Part shown: piece after piece, positions 1-12,700 of the stretch
Position numbering within the stretch: the first letter of the stretch is position 1
Layout: each line of letters starts with the position of its first letter
Assembly: GCF_009914755.1 (NCBI RefSeq)
Contig: NC_060932.1
Reading direction: 5' to 3' (one strand)
From: the human T2T-CHM13v2.0 reference genome, Homo sapiens
Length of the DNA: 64,000 bases
The notes under the pieces: model-generated
Seen by the model: the letters and a program-made list of their open reading frames with translations, nothing else
Told to the model about the DNA's origin: nothing
The model's database searches: none
Program-made: the position numbers and the translations under genes

Positions 1-3000
1 TTGGAGAAACTGTGAAGGGATATTTCAGAGCCCATTGAGGCCTATGGGGAAAAGTTTAAAAAAAAACATTTGAAAACTAGAAAGAAGCTATCTGTGAAAC
101 TGTTTTATGAGGTGTGGATTCTTCTCACAGAATTAAACCATTCTTTTGGTCCAGCAGGTTAGAAACACTGTCTCTGTAGAATCTGTGAAGGGACATTTTG
201 GAGTCCTGTGAGGCCTATTACTAAAAATCGAATAAGCCCAGATAAAAAAGAAGAAAAAAGCTATCTGTGAAACTCCTTGTGAAGTGTATATTCATCTCAC
301 ATAGATAAACTTTTTGTTTTATAAAGCAGGTTGGAAACACTCCTTTTGCAGAATCTTCAAAGGAACATTTGGGAGCCCATTAAGGTTTATGGGGAAAAAA
401 CAAATATCCCAAGATAAAACTAGAAAGAAGCTATCTGTGAAACGGCTTTGTAATGGGGAAATTCATTTCACAGAGTTCAACCTTTCTTTTGATTCACCTG
501 GTTGGAGAGACTTGTCTTCTAGAATTGGTAATGGGAAATTGGGAGCCCAATGTGGCTTATGGGGAAAAACAGAACATCCCCAGATAAAAAGTAGAAAAAA
601 GTTATCTGTGAAACTGCTTTCTGATGTGTGGATTCATCTGACAGAATTAAGCTTTCCTTTGATTTGGCAGATGGGAAACACTCTTTTTGGAGAAACTGGG
701 AAGGGACTTTTGGGGTCCATGTGGCCTATAGGAAAAAAGAGAATATCCACAGATAAAAACTAGAAAGAATATATCTGTGAAACAGCTTTTGACCTGTGGA
801 CTTATCTCACGAAGTTACCAGTCTTTTGATTCAGTAGATTGGAAACACTCATTTCAGAGATTCTGCAATGTGACAATTGGGAGATCATTGAGGACTATGG
901 GGAAAAACATAATATCCCCATATACAAGCAAGAAAGATGTTATATTCGAAACTGTTATGTGATATGTGTATTCACTTCACAGAGTTAAAACTTTCTTTTT
1001 GGTTTAATAGGTTAAAAACACTCTTTTTGTAGAATCTGTTATGGGACATATGGGAGCCCATTGAGGCCTATGGGAAAAAACTGAACATTTCTAGATAAAA
1101 ACTAGAAAGAATCTAATTGTGAAACTGCATTGTGATGTGTAGATTTATCTCACAGAGTTAAACCTTTCTTTTGATTCAGCATTTTGGAAACACTTCTTTC
1201 TGAGAAACTGTGAAGGGAAATTTGGGAGACCATTGATGCCTTTGGTAAAAAAAACATAGATAAAAACTAGATAGTAACTATCCGTGTAACTACTTTGTGA
1301 TGTGTGGATCCATCTCACAGAGTTTAACCATTTTCTTGACTCAGCTGGTTGGAAACCCTCTTTTTGGAGAATCTGTAAAGGGACATTTGATAGCCCATTG
1401 AGGCATATGGAAAAACCAAATATCCCCAGAAGAAAACTAGAAAGAAGCTATCTGTGAAACTGCTTTATGATATGTGGAATCAGTAAAACATTCTTTTGAT
1501 TCACCAGTTTGGAAATACAGTTTTTTATGAATCTGCAAAGGGATATTTGGGAGCGCATTGAGGGACATGGAAAAAAACACAATATGACAGGATAAAAACT
1601 AGAAAGAAGGTATCTCTGAAACTGCTTTGTGATGTGTGGATTCGTCTCACGGAGATGAAACTTTCTTTTGTTTAAGCAAGTTGGAAATACTCTTTTTGGA
1701 GAATCTGTGAAGGTACTTTTGAGAGCCAATTGTGGCCTACGGGGAAAAAGAAAATATCCCTGGATAAAAATTAGAAAGAACCTCTCTGTTAAACTGCTTT
1801 GTGATGTGTGGCTTCACCTCACTGAGTAGAATTTTCTTTTGGTTCAGCACGTTGGAAACACTCTTTTTGTAGAATCTGTGAAGGGATATTTTGGAGCACA
1901 CTAAGGCCTACGGGGAAAAACCAAATATCCCAAGATAAAAACTAGAAAGAAGCAGTCTGTGAAACAGCTTTGTGACACGTGGATTCATCTCACAGATAAA
2001 CCATTTTTTTTGAAACCTCAAGTTGAAAACACTCTTTTTGTAGGATCTGCAAAAGGACATCTGAGAGCCCATAGAAGCCTATAAGGTAAAAAAAGTATCC
2101 CCCGATAAAAACTAGAAAGAAGCTCTCTGTGAATCTGCTGTGAGATGTGTGCATTCATCTCACAGAGTTTAACATTTCTTTTGGTTCAGCAGTTTGGAAA
2201 CATGCTTGTTGGAGAATCTTTGAAGGAACAATTGGGACCCCATTGAGGCATATGGGGAAAAACAGAATATCGCCTGAAAAAAACTAGAAAGAAATGGTCA
2301 GGGTAACTGCTTTGTCATGTGTGGATTTACCCCATAGAGTGAAACCTTTCTTTTGCTTCAGTAGGTTGGAAACACTCTTGTTGGAGAATCTGTGAAGAAA
2401 CATTTGGAGCCCATTGAAGTTTACGGGGAAAAGCCAAATATCCCCAGATAAAAAGTTGAAAGAACTATCTGTGAAAATGCTTTCAGATGTGTGGATTCAT
2501 CTCACAGAGTTAATCTTTTCTTTTGATTTGGCAGGTTGGAAACACTATTTTTGATGAATCTGCAAAGGACAATTTTTAGCCTATTGAGGCCCATGTAAAA
2601 AAAAACAAAGGTCCCATATAAAAACTAGAAAGAGGCGATCTGTGAAACTGCTTTGTGATGTGTGGATTTATGTCAAAGAGCTCAACCTTCGTGTTGATTC
2701 AGTAACTTGTAAATTATCTTTTTGGAGAATCAACAAAAAAACATTTAAGAGCCCATTTTTGCCTATGAAGAAAAACCAAATATCCCCAGATAAAAACTGG
2801 AAACTATCTGTGAAACTGATTTATGATGTGTTGTTTCATCTCACAGAGTTAAAACATTACTGTGATTTAGGAGGTTGGAAACACTCTTTTTGTAGAATCA
2901 GTGAAGGGACATTTGGGAGCCCATAAACGCCTATGGGAAAAAATCAAATATACACAGATAAAAAATAGGAAGAAACTCTCTGTGAATCTGCTTTGAGATG

Positions 3001-5449
3001 TGTTGATTCACCTCAGAGACTCAATGTTTTCTTTCTATTCAGAAGGTTGGGAACATGCTTTTTGGAGAGTCTGTGAAGGGACATTTGGAAGCTGTTTGTT
3101 GGCTACAGGCAAAAACAGACTCTCCCCTGATAAAAAAAAAAAAAAAGAAAAAGGTATCTGTGAAACCAGTTTTTGAGGTTTGGATTCATATCAGATTTAA
3201 TTTTGATTTCACACAAGGGAGGCACTCTTTTTTTAGAATCTGCAGAGACATTTGGGAATCAATTGAGCCCTATGGGGAAAAACGGAATATCCCCAGATAA
3301 AGACTAGAAAGAAGCTATTTGTGAAAGGGTTTTGTGATGCGTGGATTCATCTCACAGAGTTAAAACTTTTTTTTGGTCCAGCAGGTAGGTAACACTCTAT
3401 TTGGGGGATCTGCCAAGGGACATTTGGGATCCCATTGACTCCTATTGGGAAAAAGAGAATATCCCCAGATAAAAGCTAGAAATAAATTATCATCAATGAA
3501 ACTGCCTTGAGATGTGTGGATTCATCTCACAGAGTTAAATCTTAATTTTGATTCAGCAGGTTGGAAAGAAGCTTTATAGAGAATCTGAGAAAGGACGTTT
3601 CCGAGCTCTTGGTGGCCTATGGGGAAAAGTAGAATATCCCCAGATAAAACGTAGAAAGAAGCTATCAGTGAAACTACTTTGTGGTTTGTGGATTCATGTC
3701 ACAGAGTTAAGCCTTTCTTTAGTTTTAGCAGGTTGGAGACACTCCTTTTGGAAAATCTGTGAGAAAACATTTGGGAGCCCACCGAGACCTATGGGGAAAA
3801 ACCGAATATATCCAGATAAACAATGGAAAAGAAGATACCTATAAAACTACTTTATTTTGTGCAGATTCATCTCACAGAGTTAAACCTTTCTTTTGATCCA
3901 GCAGGTTAGAAACACCTTTTTTAGAGACTTGGTGAAGGGGTATTTGGAAGCCCATGAGGCCTATGAAAAAATACCAAATATCCCCAGATAAAAACGAGAA
4001 ACAAGCTACCTGTGTAACTGTTCTCAGATGTTTGGATTCATCTCACCGAGTTCAACCTTTGTTCGACTTAGGAGGTGGGAAACACTCTTTTTGTAGAAGA
4101 CACGAAGGGACATATGGGAGCACTGTTGTTGCCTAAGGGAAAAAAGGAATATCCCCAGATAAAAACTAGTAAAAACTCTCTGTGAAACTGCTTTGAGGCA
4201 TGTGGATTTTTCTCACAGAAGTAAAACATTCCTAGATTCAGCAGGTTGGAAAAACTATTTTTGGAGTCCCTGCAAAGGGACAGTTGAAAGCCCACTGAGG
4301 GCTGTGAGAAAAAACTGAATATCCCTAGAAAAAAATTAGAAAGAAGCAATTTGTGAAATTGCTTTCTGATGTGTGGATGCATCTCACAGAGTGAAACCAT
4401 TCTTTTGACTCAGCAGTTTGCAAACACTCTTTCTGGGGAATATTGAAAAGATATTTGGGAGCACATTGAGGAATATGGGGAAAGCCAGAATACCTATAGA
4501 TAAAAACCAGAAAGATAAAACTGCTTTCTGATGGGTGAATTCGTCTTACAAAGGTAAACATTTCTCTTGATTCAGCAGGTTGGAAACACTCTTACTGTAG
4601 AATCTGTGAAGGGACATTTGGGAACCCACTGAGGCGTATGATAAGGAACTGAATATTCCCAGATAAAACGTACAAAAAAACTGTCTATGAATCTGCTTTT
4701 TGGTTTGTGGATTCATTGTACAGAGTTAAAACTGCCTCTTGATTCAGCAGGTTGGAAACTCTCTTTTTGTAGAATCTGTGAAAAGACGTTTGGGGGCCCA
4801 TTCAGGCCTAAGGGGAAAAACGGAATATCCCCAGATAAAAAATACAAACAAGCTCTCTGTGAAACTGCTTCCTGATGTGTGGATTTATATCAGATATAAA
4901 TCTTTCTTTTGATTCAGCAGGTTGGAAACACTTTTTATGGAGAACCTGTGAAGGGACACTTTGGAGTCATTGAGACCTATGGAGAAAAACCAAATATCCT
5001 CAGATAAAAACTAGAAAGAAGCTCTCCGTGAAATCACTTTGTGATGTGTGGATTTATCTCACAAAGTTAAACCTTTCTTTTGATTCAGCAGGTTGGAAAC
5101 ACTTTTTTTGGAGAATCTGTGAAGGGATATTTGGGTGCTCAGGGTGTGTGGGGAAAAACAGATTATCCCCAGATAAAAACTAGAAAGAAACTATCTGTCA
5201 GACTGCTTTGTTATGAGTGGATTCATCTCACAGAGTTAAATGTTTCTTTTCATTCAGCAGGGAGGAAACACTTTTTTTGGAGAATCTGCAAAGGGACATT
5301 TGGGAGCCCATTGCAGTCTATGGTGAAAAACAGATTATCCCCAGGCATAAACTGCAAAGAAGCTGTCTGTGAGACTTATTTGTGATGTGGGGATTCAGCT
5401 CATAGAAATAAACCTTTTTCTTTATTCAGCAAGTTTGAAAAACTTTTTT
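1..5449. repeat. Alpha satellite (ALR/Alpha), divergent ~172-bp monomers, old A-type layer; segment 1 (continues beyond the window start)
   Basis: Head-to-tail repeats of the eye-derived consensus tatctgtgaaactgctttgtgatgtgtggattcatctcacagagttaaacctttcttttgattcagcaggttggaaacactctttttggagaatctgtgaagggacatttgggagcccattgaggcctatggggaaaaactgaatatccccagataaaaactagaaagaagc (172 nt). It carries hallmark alphoid blocks (catctcacagagttaaac, ttggaaacactcttttt, aaaactagaaagaagc). Confidence 0.97.
5436..5449. repeat. Left target-site duplication of L1 insertion 1 (tgaaaaactttttt)
   Basis: The same 14-mer occurs at 6771-6784. Removing the insert restores a continuous monomer (...cagcaagtttgaaaaacttttttt-agagaatctgtgaag...). 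Confidence 0.88.
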
Positions 5450-6770
5450 CATTATTATACTTTAAGTTCTAGTGTACATGTGCACAATGTGCAGGTTTGT
5501 TACATACGTATACATGTGCCATGTTGGTCTGCTGCACCCATTAACTCGTCATTTATGTTATGTATATCTCCTAATGCTATTCCTCCCCATCCACCCACCC
5601 CACAACAGGCCCCAGTGCATGACGTTCCCCTTCCTGTGTCCATGTGTTCTCATTGTTCAATTCCCACTTATGAGTGAGAACATGCAGTGTTTGGTTTTTT
5701 CTCCTTGCAATAGTTTGCTGAGAGTGATGGTTTCCAGCTTCATCCATGTCCCTACAAAGGACATGAACTCATCCTTTTTTATGGCTGCATAGTATTCCAT
5801 GGTGTATATGTGCCACATTTTCTTAATCCAGTCTATCATTGTTGGACATTTGGGTTGGCTCCAAGTCCTTGCTATTGTGAATAGTGCTGCAATAAACACA
5901 TGGGTGCATGTGTCTTTATAGCAGCATGATTTATAATCCTTTGGGTATATACCCAGTACTGGAATGGCTGGTTCAAACGGTATTTCTACTTAAAGATCCC
6001 TGAGGAATCGCCACACTGACTTCCACAATGGTTGAACTAGTTTACAGTACCCCCAACAGTGTAAAAGTGTTCCTATTTCTCCACATCCTCTCCAGCACCT
6101 GTTGTTTCCTGACTTTTTAATGATCGCCATTCTAAGTGGTGTGAGGTTAGAATGTGGTTTCGATTTGCATTTCTCTGATGGCCAGTGATGATGAGCATTT
6201 TTTCATGTGTCTGTTGGCTGCATAAATGTCTTCTTTTGAGAAGTGTCTGTTCATATCCTTCACCCACTTATTAACGAGGTTGTTTGTTTTTTACTTGTAA
6301 ATTTGTTTGGGTTCTTTGTAGATTCTGGATCATCGAAATGAAAGAAGACACAAACAAATGGAAGAACATTCCATGCTCATGGATAGGAGGAATCAATATC
6401 GTGAAAATGGCCATACTGCACAAGGTAATTTATAGAATCAATGCCATCCCCATCAAGCTACCAATGACTTTCTTCACGGAATTGGAAAAAGTAATTTAAA
6501 GTTCATATGGAACCAAAAAAGAGCCCACATTACCATGTCACTCCTAAGCCAAAAGAACAATGCTGGAGGAACCATGCTACCTGTCTTCAAACTACACTAC
6601 AAGGCTACAGTAACCAAAGCAACATGCTACTGGTACCAAAACAGAGATATAGATCAATGGTACAGAACAGAGCCCTCAGAACTAATACCACATATCTACA
6701 ACCATCTGATCTTGGCAAACCTGACAAAAACAAGAAATGGGGAAAGGATTTCTTATTTAATAAATGCTGC
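5450..6770 (-). mobile_element. LINE-1 (L1PA family, probably L1PA4/PA5-like), 5'-truncated with 5' inversion (twin-priming structure)
   Basis: Begins with the reverse-complemented L1 3' end (ttattatactttaagttctagtgtacatgtgcacaatgtgcagg...). The ~205-bp 3'UTR and ORF2 C-terminus run on the - strand to ~6330, then ORF2 sequence runs on the + strand 6330-6772. It is flanked by a 14-bp TSD, with an endonuclease-like site TTTT/AG at 6782-6787. The subfamily call comes from recalled 3'-end diagnostics and is tentative. Confidence 0.95.
5657..6330 (-). pseudogene. L1 ORF2p C-terminal fragment (cysteine-rich domain to stop codon), disrupted
   Basis: ORF 5657..5899(-) MFIAALFTIARTWSQPKCPTMIDWIKKMWHIYTMEYYAAIKKDEFMSF...SLISGN* matches the end of ORF2p. 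Positions 6044-6097(-) translate to [18 protein letters not shown], the CX3CX7HX4C motif. Confidence 0.92.
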
Positions 6771-6772
6771 TG
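6330..6772 (+). pseudogene. Inverted L1 ORF2p fragment (post-RT region), disrupted by stop and frameshift
   Basis: The + strand ORFs give [52 protein letters not shown] and [46 protein letters not shown], both recognisable ORF2p peptides. Orientation is opposite to 5450-6330. Confidence 0.92.
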
Positions 6773-6784
6773 AAAAACTTTTTT
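6771..6784. repeat. Right target-site duplication of L1 insertion 1 (tgaaaaactttttt)
   Basis: Matches 5436-5449. Confidence 0.88.
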
Positions 6785-9700
6785 TAGAGAATCTGTGAAG
6801 GGACATTTGGGATCCTGTTGTGGCCTATAAGGAAAAACTAAATATCCCCAGATAAAAACTAGAAAGAAGCTATCTGTCAAACTGCTTTGTTATGGGTGGA
6901 TTCATCTCATAGAGTTAAACCTTTCTTTTCATTCAGCAGGTTGGTAATGCTTTTTTTGGAGAATCTACGAATGGACATTTGGAAGCCCATTGTGGTCTAT
7001 GGCAAACTGAATATCCCCAGATAAAAACTAAAAAGAAGGTATCTGTGAAACTTCATTTTTATGTGTTTTCCCCTGTCACAGAGTTAACTTTTACTTTGGA
7101 TTCATCAGGTTGGAAACTCATGATTCATCTCACAGATTTAAACCTCCTTATGGAGAATCTTCAAAAAGACATGTAGAAGCCCTTTGAGGCCTACAGGAAA
7201 AATTTGGATATCCCAAGATAAAAACTAGAAAAAGCTATCTGTGAAGCTACTTGGTGATCTGTAGACTCATCTCACAGAGTCAAACTTTTCTTTTGATTCA
7301 GCAAGTTGGAAATACTCTTTTTGGAGTATTTGCAAAGGAACATTTGGGAGCCCATTAAGACCTATGGGGAAAAAGCAAATATCCCTAGATGAAAACTAGA
7401 AAGAAGCTATCTGCAAAACTGGTTTGTGACGTGTGGATTCGTCTGAAAGGGTTCAATCCCCCTCTTGATTCAGCAGGCTGTAAACACTCTTTTTGGAGAA
7501 TATGCCAAGGGACATTATGGAGCCCATTGAGGCCTATGGGGAAAAATGGAATATCACCAGATATAAACTACAAAGAAACTATCTGTGAAACAGCTTTGTG
7601 ATGCATGGATTTATCTCACAGAAGTAAACCTTTGTGTTCTTTCAGAAAGTGAATCTGGTTTTTGATGTGTGAATTCAACTCACATAGTTGAACCTTTCTA
7701 TTGATTCAGTTGGTTGGAAACACTCTTTTTGGAAAATCTGTGAAGGGACATTTGGGATCCTCTTGAGGCCTATGGGGAAAAACAGAATAGCCTCAGATAA
7801 AAACTCCAAAGAAGAAATCTGGGAAATGCTGTGTGATGTGTGATCTCATCTCAGAGAATTAAACCTTTCTTTTGATTCAGTAGGAGGGAAACACTGTTTT
7901 TGGATGATCTGTGAAGGGACATTTGGGAGCCCCTTGAGGCCTAAGGGGAAAAATCGAATATCTCCAGATAGAAACTAGAAGGAAGCTATCAGTGCAACAG
8001 CTTTTTGATGTGTGGATTCATCTCACAGAATTGAACATTTCCTTTTATTCAGTAGGTTGTAAGCACTCTTTTTGTATACTAGGCAAAGTGATATTTTGGA
8101 GCCCATTGAGGCCTATGGGGATAAACTAGATATCCCCAGATGAAAACTCTAAAGAAGCTATCTGTCAAACTTCTTTGTGAAGTGTGGATTCATCTCACAG
8201 AGTTATACCTTTTTTTTTTCTTTTTTGATTCACCAGATGGAAACACTCTTTTTGCAGATCTGCAAGAAACATTTGGGAGCTTGTTGAAGACTATGGGAAA
8301 AAAACAAATATGTCAGATAAAACTAGAAGGAAGCTATCCATGAAACTAGCTTTCATTCCTCATTCAACTCTCCAAGTTGAAACTTTCTTTTGATTCAGTT
8401 GGTTGCAAACAGTCTTTTTGACGAATTTGCGAAGTGACTTTTTGGAACCAATTGATGCCTATGGGGAAAAACTGAATTTCCACAGATACAAACTAGAGAG
8501 AAGCTATATGTGAAACAGCTTCGTGATGTGTGTATTCATGTCACAGAGGAAAATATTTTGTTTGATTCAGAAGGTTGGAACACTCTTTTTGAAGACACTA
8601 TGAAGGGATATTTGGGAGCCCTTGAGGCTTGTGGGAAAAATTGGATATACAAAGATAAAAACTAGAAAGAAGCTATATGAGAATCTGATTTGTGATGTGT
8701 GGATTAATCTCAGAGAGTTAAAATTTTCTTTTAATTCAGCAGGTTGGAAACACTCTTTTTGAAGAATCTGTGAAGAAACATTTGGGAGCCACTGAGGCCT
8801 ATGTGGAAAACCAGAATATCCCCATATGGAAACTAGAAAAAAGCTATCTATCTATGAAACCACTTTGTGATGAATGGATTTATCACAAAGATTTAAAACT
8901 TTTTTGATTCAGCAGTTTGGCAAAACTCTTTATGGAGAAACTGTGAAGGGATATTTGGGATCCAATTGAGGCCTTGGGACAAAAACCGAATATCCTCAGA
9001 TTAAAACTAGAGTGAAACATCTGTGAAACTTCTTTGTAATGTGTAGATTCATCTCACAGAGTTAAGACTTTCTTTTGATGCAGCACTTTGGAAACACTCT
9101 TTTTGGAGAATCTGCAAAGGGACAATTGAAAGCCCATTGAGACCTTTTGGGAATAACAGCTTATCCCCAGATATAAACTAGAAAAAATCTCTCTGTGAAA
9201 CTGCTTTGTAATGTGTGGATTCATCCCATACAGTTAAAAGTTTCTTTTGATTCAGCAGGTTGAAAACACTCTTTGTGTAGAATCTGAGAAGAGATATTTA
9301 AGAGCCCTTTGAGGTTTATAGGGAAAAACTGAATATCCTAAGATATAAACTAGGAAGAAGCTATGTGTGAAACTGCTTTGTGATGTGTGGGTTCTTCTCA
9401 CAGTGTTAAACGTTTCTTTTGATACAGCAGATTGGAAACACATTTTTTGTAGAATCTGCAGAGGGACATTTACAAGCCAATTGAGGGCTATTGGGAAAAA
9501 CAAATCATGCCAAGATAAAAAAGAAGAATAAGTGATCTGTAAAACTTCTTCGTTGTGTGTTTATTCATCTCACAGTGTTAAACCTTTCTCTTGATTCACC
9601 AGGTTGGAAACACTCTTTTTGGAGAGTCTGTGAAGGGACATTTGGGAGCTCAATGAGGCCTAAGGGCATAAACCTAATATCCTCAGATAACAACTAGAAA

Positions 9701-12700
9701 GAAGCTGTCTGTGAAACTGTTTTGTAATGTATGGATGCATCTCACAGAATTAAACCTTTCTTTTGATTCTGGCAGCTGGAAACACTCTTTTTGGAGAATC
9801 TGCAAAGGGACACTTTATAGCCCATTTAGGCCAATGGAACAAAACCGAATATCCCCAGGTGAAATCAAGAAAGAAACTATCTTTGAAACTTATTTGTGAT
9901 TTGTGGATTTATCATAAAGTGTTAAGCTTTTCTTTTGATTCAGCAGGTTGGAAACACTCTTTTTGGAGAATCTGCAAAGAAACATTTGGGAGATCTTTGA
10001 GGCATATGGAGATAAACCAAATATCCCCAGATGAAAACTAGAAAAAGCTATCTGGGTAACTGCTTTGTGATGTGTGGATTCATCTCACAGATTAAAACTG
10101 ACTTTTGACTCAGGAGTTTGGGAACACTCTTATTAAAGAACCCACAAAGGGACATTCGAGAGCCCATTGAGTCCTATGTGGAAGAATCAAATATCCCCAT
10201 TAAAACAAGCAAGACTCTATCTGTGAAACTGCTTTGATATATGTGGATTCGTCTGAACAGAGTTAAACATTTCTCTTGACTCAGCAGTTTGGAAACATTC
10301 TTTTTGCAGCATCTGTGAAGAGACATTTGGGAGTCCGAAAAAGACTATGGGGAAAAAATAAATTTACCCTGATTAAAACTAGAAAGGAGGTATCTGTGTA
10401 ACTGCATTGTGATGTCTGGATTCACCTCACAGAGTTAAAACTTTCTTTTGATTCAGCAGGTTGGAAACACTCTTTTTGTATCTGTGAAGGGATATTTGGG
10501 AGCTTGTTGAGGCCTATGGCAAAAACCTAAATATGCCTAGATAAAAAGTAGAAAAAACTATGTGTGAATCCACTTTGCAATGTGTGGATTTATCTCATGG
10601 AGCTAAACCTTATCTTTAATTCAGCAGGTTTTGAACACTTTTTTTGTAAAATCTGTGAAGGGACATTTGGGAGCCCCTTAAGTCCTATGAGAAAAAACCT
10701 AATATTTCAAGATAAAAACCAGAAATAGGCTATATGTGAAACTGCTTTGTGATGTGTGGATTCATCTCACAAAGGTAAACCTTTCTTTGGCTCATCAGGT
10801 TGGATACACTCTTTTTGGAGAACCCGCAAAGCCACATTATGGAGCCCACTGCAGCCTATGGTGAAAAACAAAATATCCCCAGATAAAAACTAGAAAGAAG
10901 CTTTCTGTGAAACTGCTTTGTGATATGTGGATTCGTCTCATGGAGTTAAAACTTTCCTTTGATTCAGCAGGTTGGAAACACTTTTTTTGAACAATTGGCA
11001 AAGGGACATTTAGAAGCACTTTGAGGCCTATAAAGAAAAACTGAATAACCCCAGATAAAAACTAAAAGGAAGCTATCTGTGAAACTGATTTGTGTTGTGT
11101 GGATTCATCTCACAGAGTTAAATATTTCGTTTGATTCAGCAGTTACAAACACCCTTTTTTTAGAATCCGTGAAGGGACATTTTGGAGCTTATTGATGCCT
11201 ATGGGGAAAAACAGAATATCCCCAGATAAAAACTAGAAAAAAGCTTTCTGTGAAACTACTTTGTGATGTGTGGCTTCATCTCACAGAGGTAAACCATTCA
11301 TTTGATTCAGCAGGTTGGGAGCCCTCTTTTTGGAGTATCTGTAAAGGGACAGTTGGGAAGCCATTGAGGCCTTTAAGGAAAACACAATATCCACAGATAA
11401 AAAGTAGAAAGAAGCTATCTATCTGTGAAAATGCTTGTGATGTGTGGATTCATCTCACATAGTAAAACTTTCCTTTGATTCAGAAGGTTGGAGACACTGT
11501 TTTTGGAGAGTCTTTGAAATGACATTTTGGAGCCCCTTGAAGCCTATTGGAAAAAACATGAATAATCCCTGATAAAAACTAGAAAGAAAGAATATTTGAA
11601 ACTGCTTTTGGATGTGGACTAATCTCACAGAGTTCAAAATTTCTTTTCATTCAGCAGGTTGGAAGCACTCTTTTTGGAGAATTGGCAAAGAAACATTTGG
11701 GGGCCCGTTGATGCCTATGGATAAAAACCAAATATCTTCAGATAATAACTAGAAAGAAGCTGTCTGTGAAACTGCTGTGTGATATGTGGATTCATCTCAC
11801 ACAGTTAAACCAGTATTTTGACTCAGCAGGTTGGAAACTCTGTAGAGTATCTGCCAAGGGACATTTTGGAGCCATTAATTCAGCAGGGTGAGAAACTCTC
11901 TTTTTGGGGAGTTTGTGAAGGGATATTTGGGAGCCCATTGAGGCCCAAGTAAAAAACTAGAATATCCCCAGATAAAAACTAGAAAGTAGCTATCTGTGAA
12001 ACTGCTTTGTGATGTGTGGACTCATCTCACAGAAGTAAACCTTTCTCGTGATTCAAAAGGTGGGAAACACTCTTTTTGAAAATTCTGCAAAGGGATATTT
12101 GGGAGCCATTGATGCCTCTGAGGAAAAACCACGTATCCCCAGATTAAAAACAAGAAAGAAGCTATCTGTGAAAATGCTTTGTGCTGTGTGGATTCATCTC
12201 ACATAGTGAAACCTTTGCTTTGATTCAGGAGGTTAAGAGTACTCTTTTTTTTTAATCTGCTGTTGGGCATTTGGGATCTTATTGAGGCCTTTGGGGGAAA
12301 ACCTATTATCCCCAGATAAAAACTAGAAAGAAGCTATCTGTGAAACTGCTTTGTGATGAGTAGATTCACCTCACAGATTTAAACCTTTCTTTTGATTCAG
12401 CAGGTTGGAAATACTCTTTGGAGTGTCTGCAAAATGACCTTTCAGAGCCCATTTATGTTTATGGGGAATGAGCAAATATGCCCACATAAAAGCTAGAAAG
12501 ACACTATCTGTGAAACTTCTTTGTGAAGTGTGGCTTCATCTCAGAATTAAACCTTTCTTTTGATTCAGTAGATTGGAGACACTTTTTCTGCAGAATCTGG
12601 GAAAAGCCTTTTTGGACCCCATTAAGGCCAATGGGGCAAAAAAGAACATCCCCAGAAAAAAAATAGCAGGAAGTGATCTGTTAAACTGCTTTGTGATGTG

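Noticed and set aside
3130-3152. A-rich run as a possible retroposon tail (also 62699-62719 and ~58937-58947)
   Set aside because: The runs sit at the monomer's native A-tract with no element body or TSD, so slippage explains them.
5369-5792. + strand ORFs of 102 and 106 aa
   Set aside because: They are antisense read-through of the L1 3'UTR and ORF2 end, a well-known source of spurious ORFs.
5450-6770. Two independent L1 insertions, or an active element
   Set aside because: One TSD pair brackets both pieces. There is no 5'UTR, ORF1, endonuclease or RT core, and the frames are broken.
8211-8226. Poly(T) run as a terminator or antisense retroposon tail
   Set aside because: It is an expansion of the native ctttcttttg tract, and the monomer continues in register.
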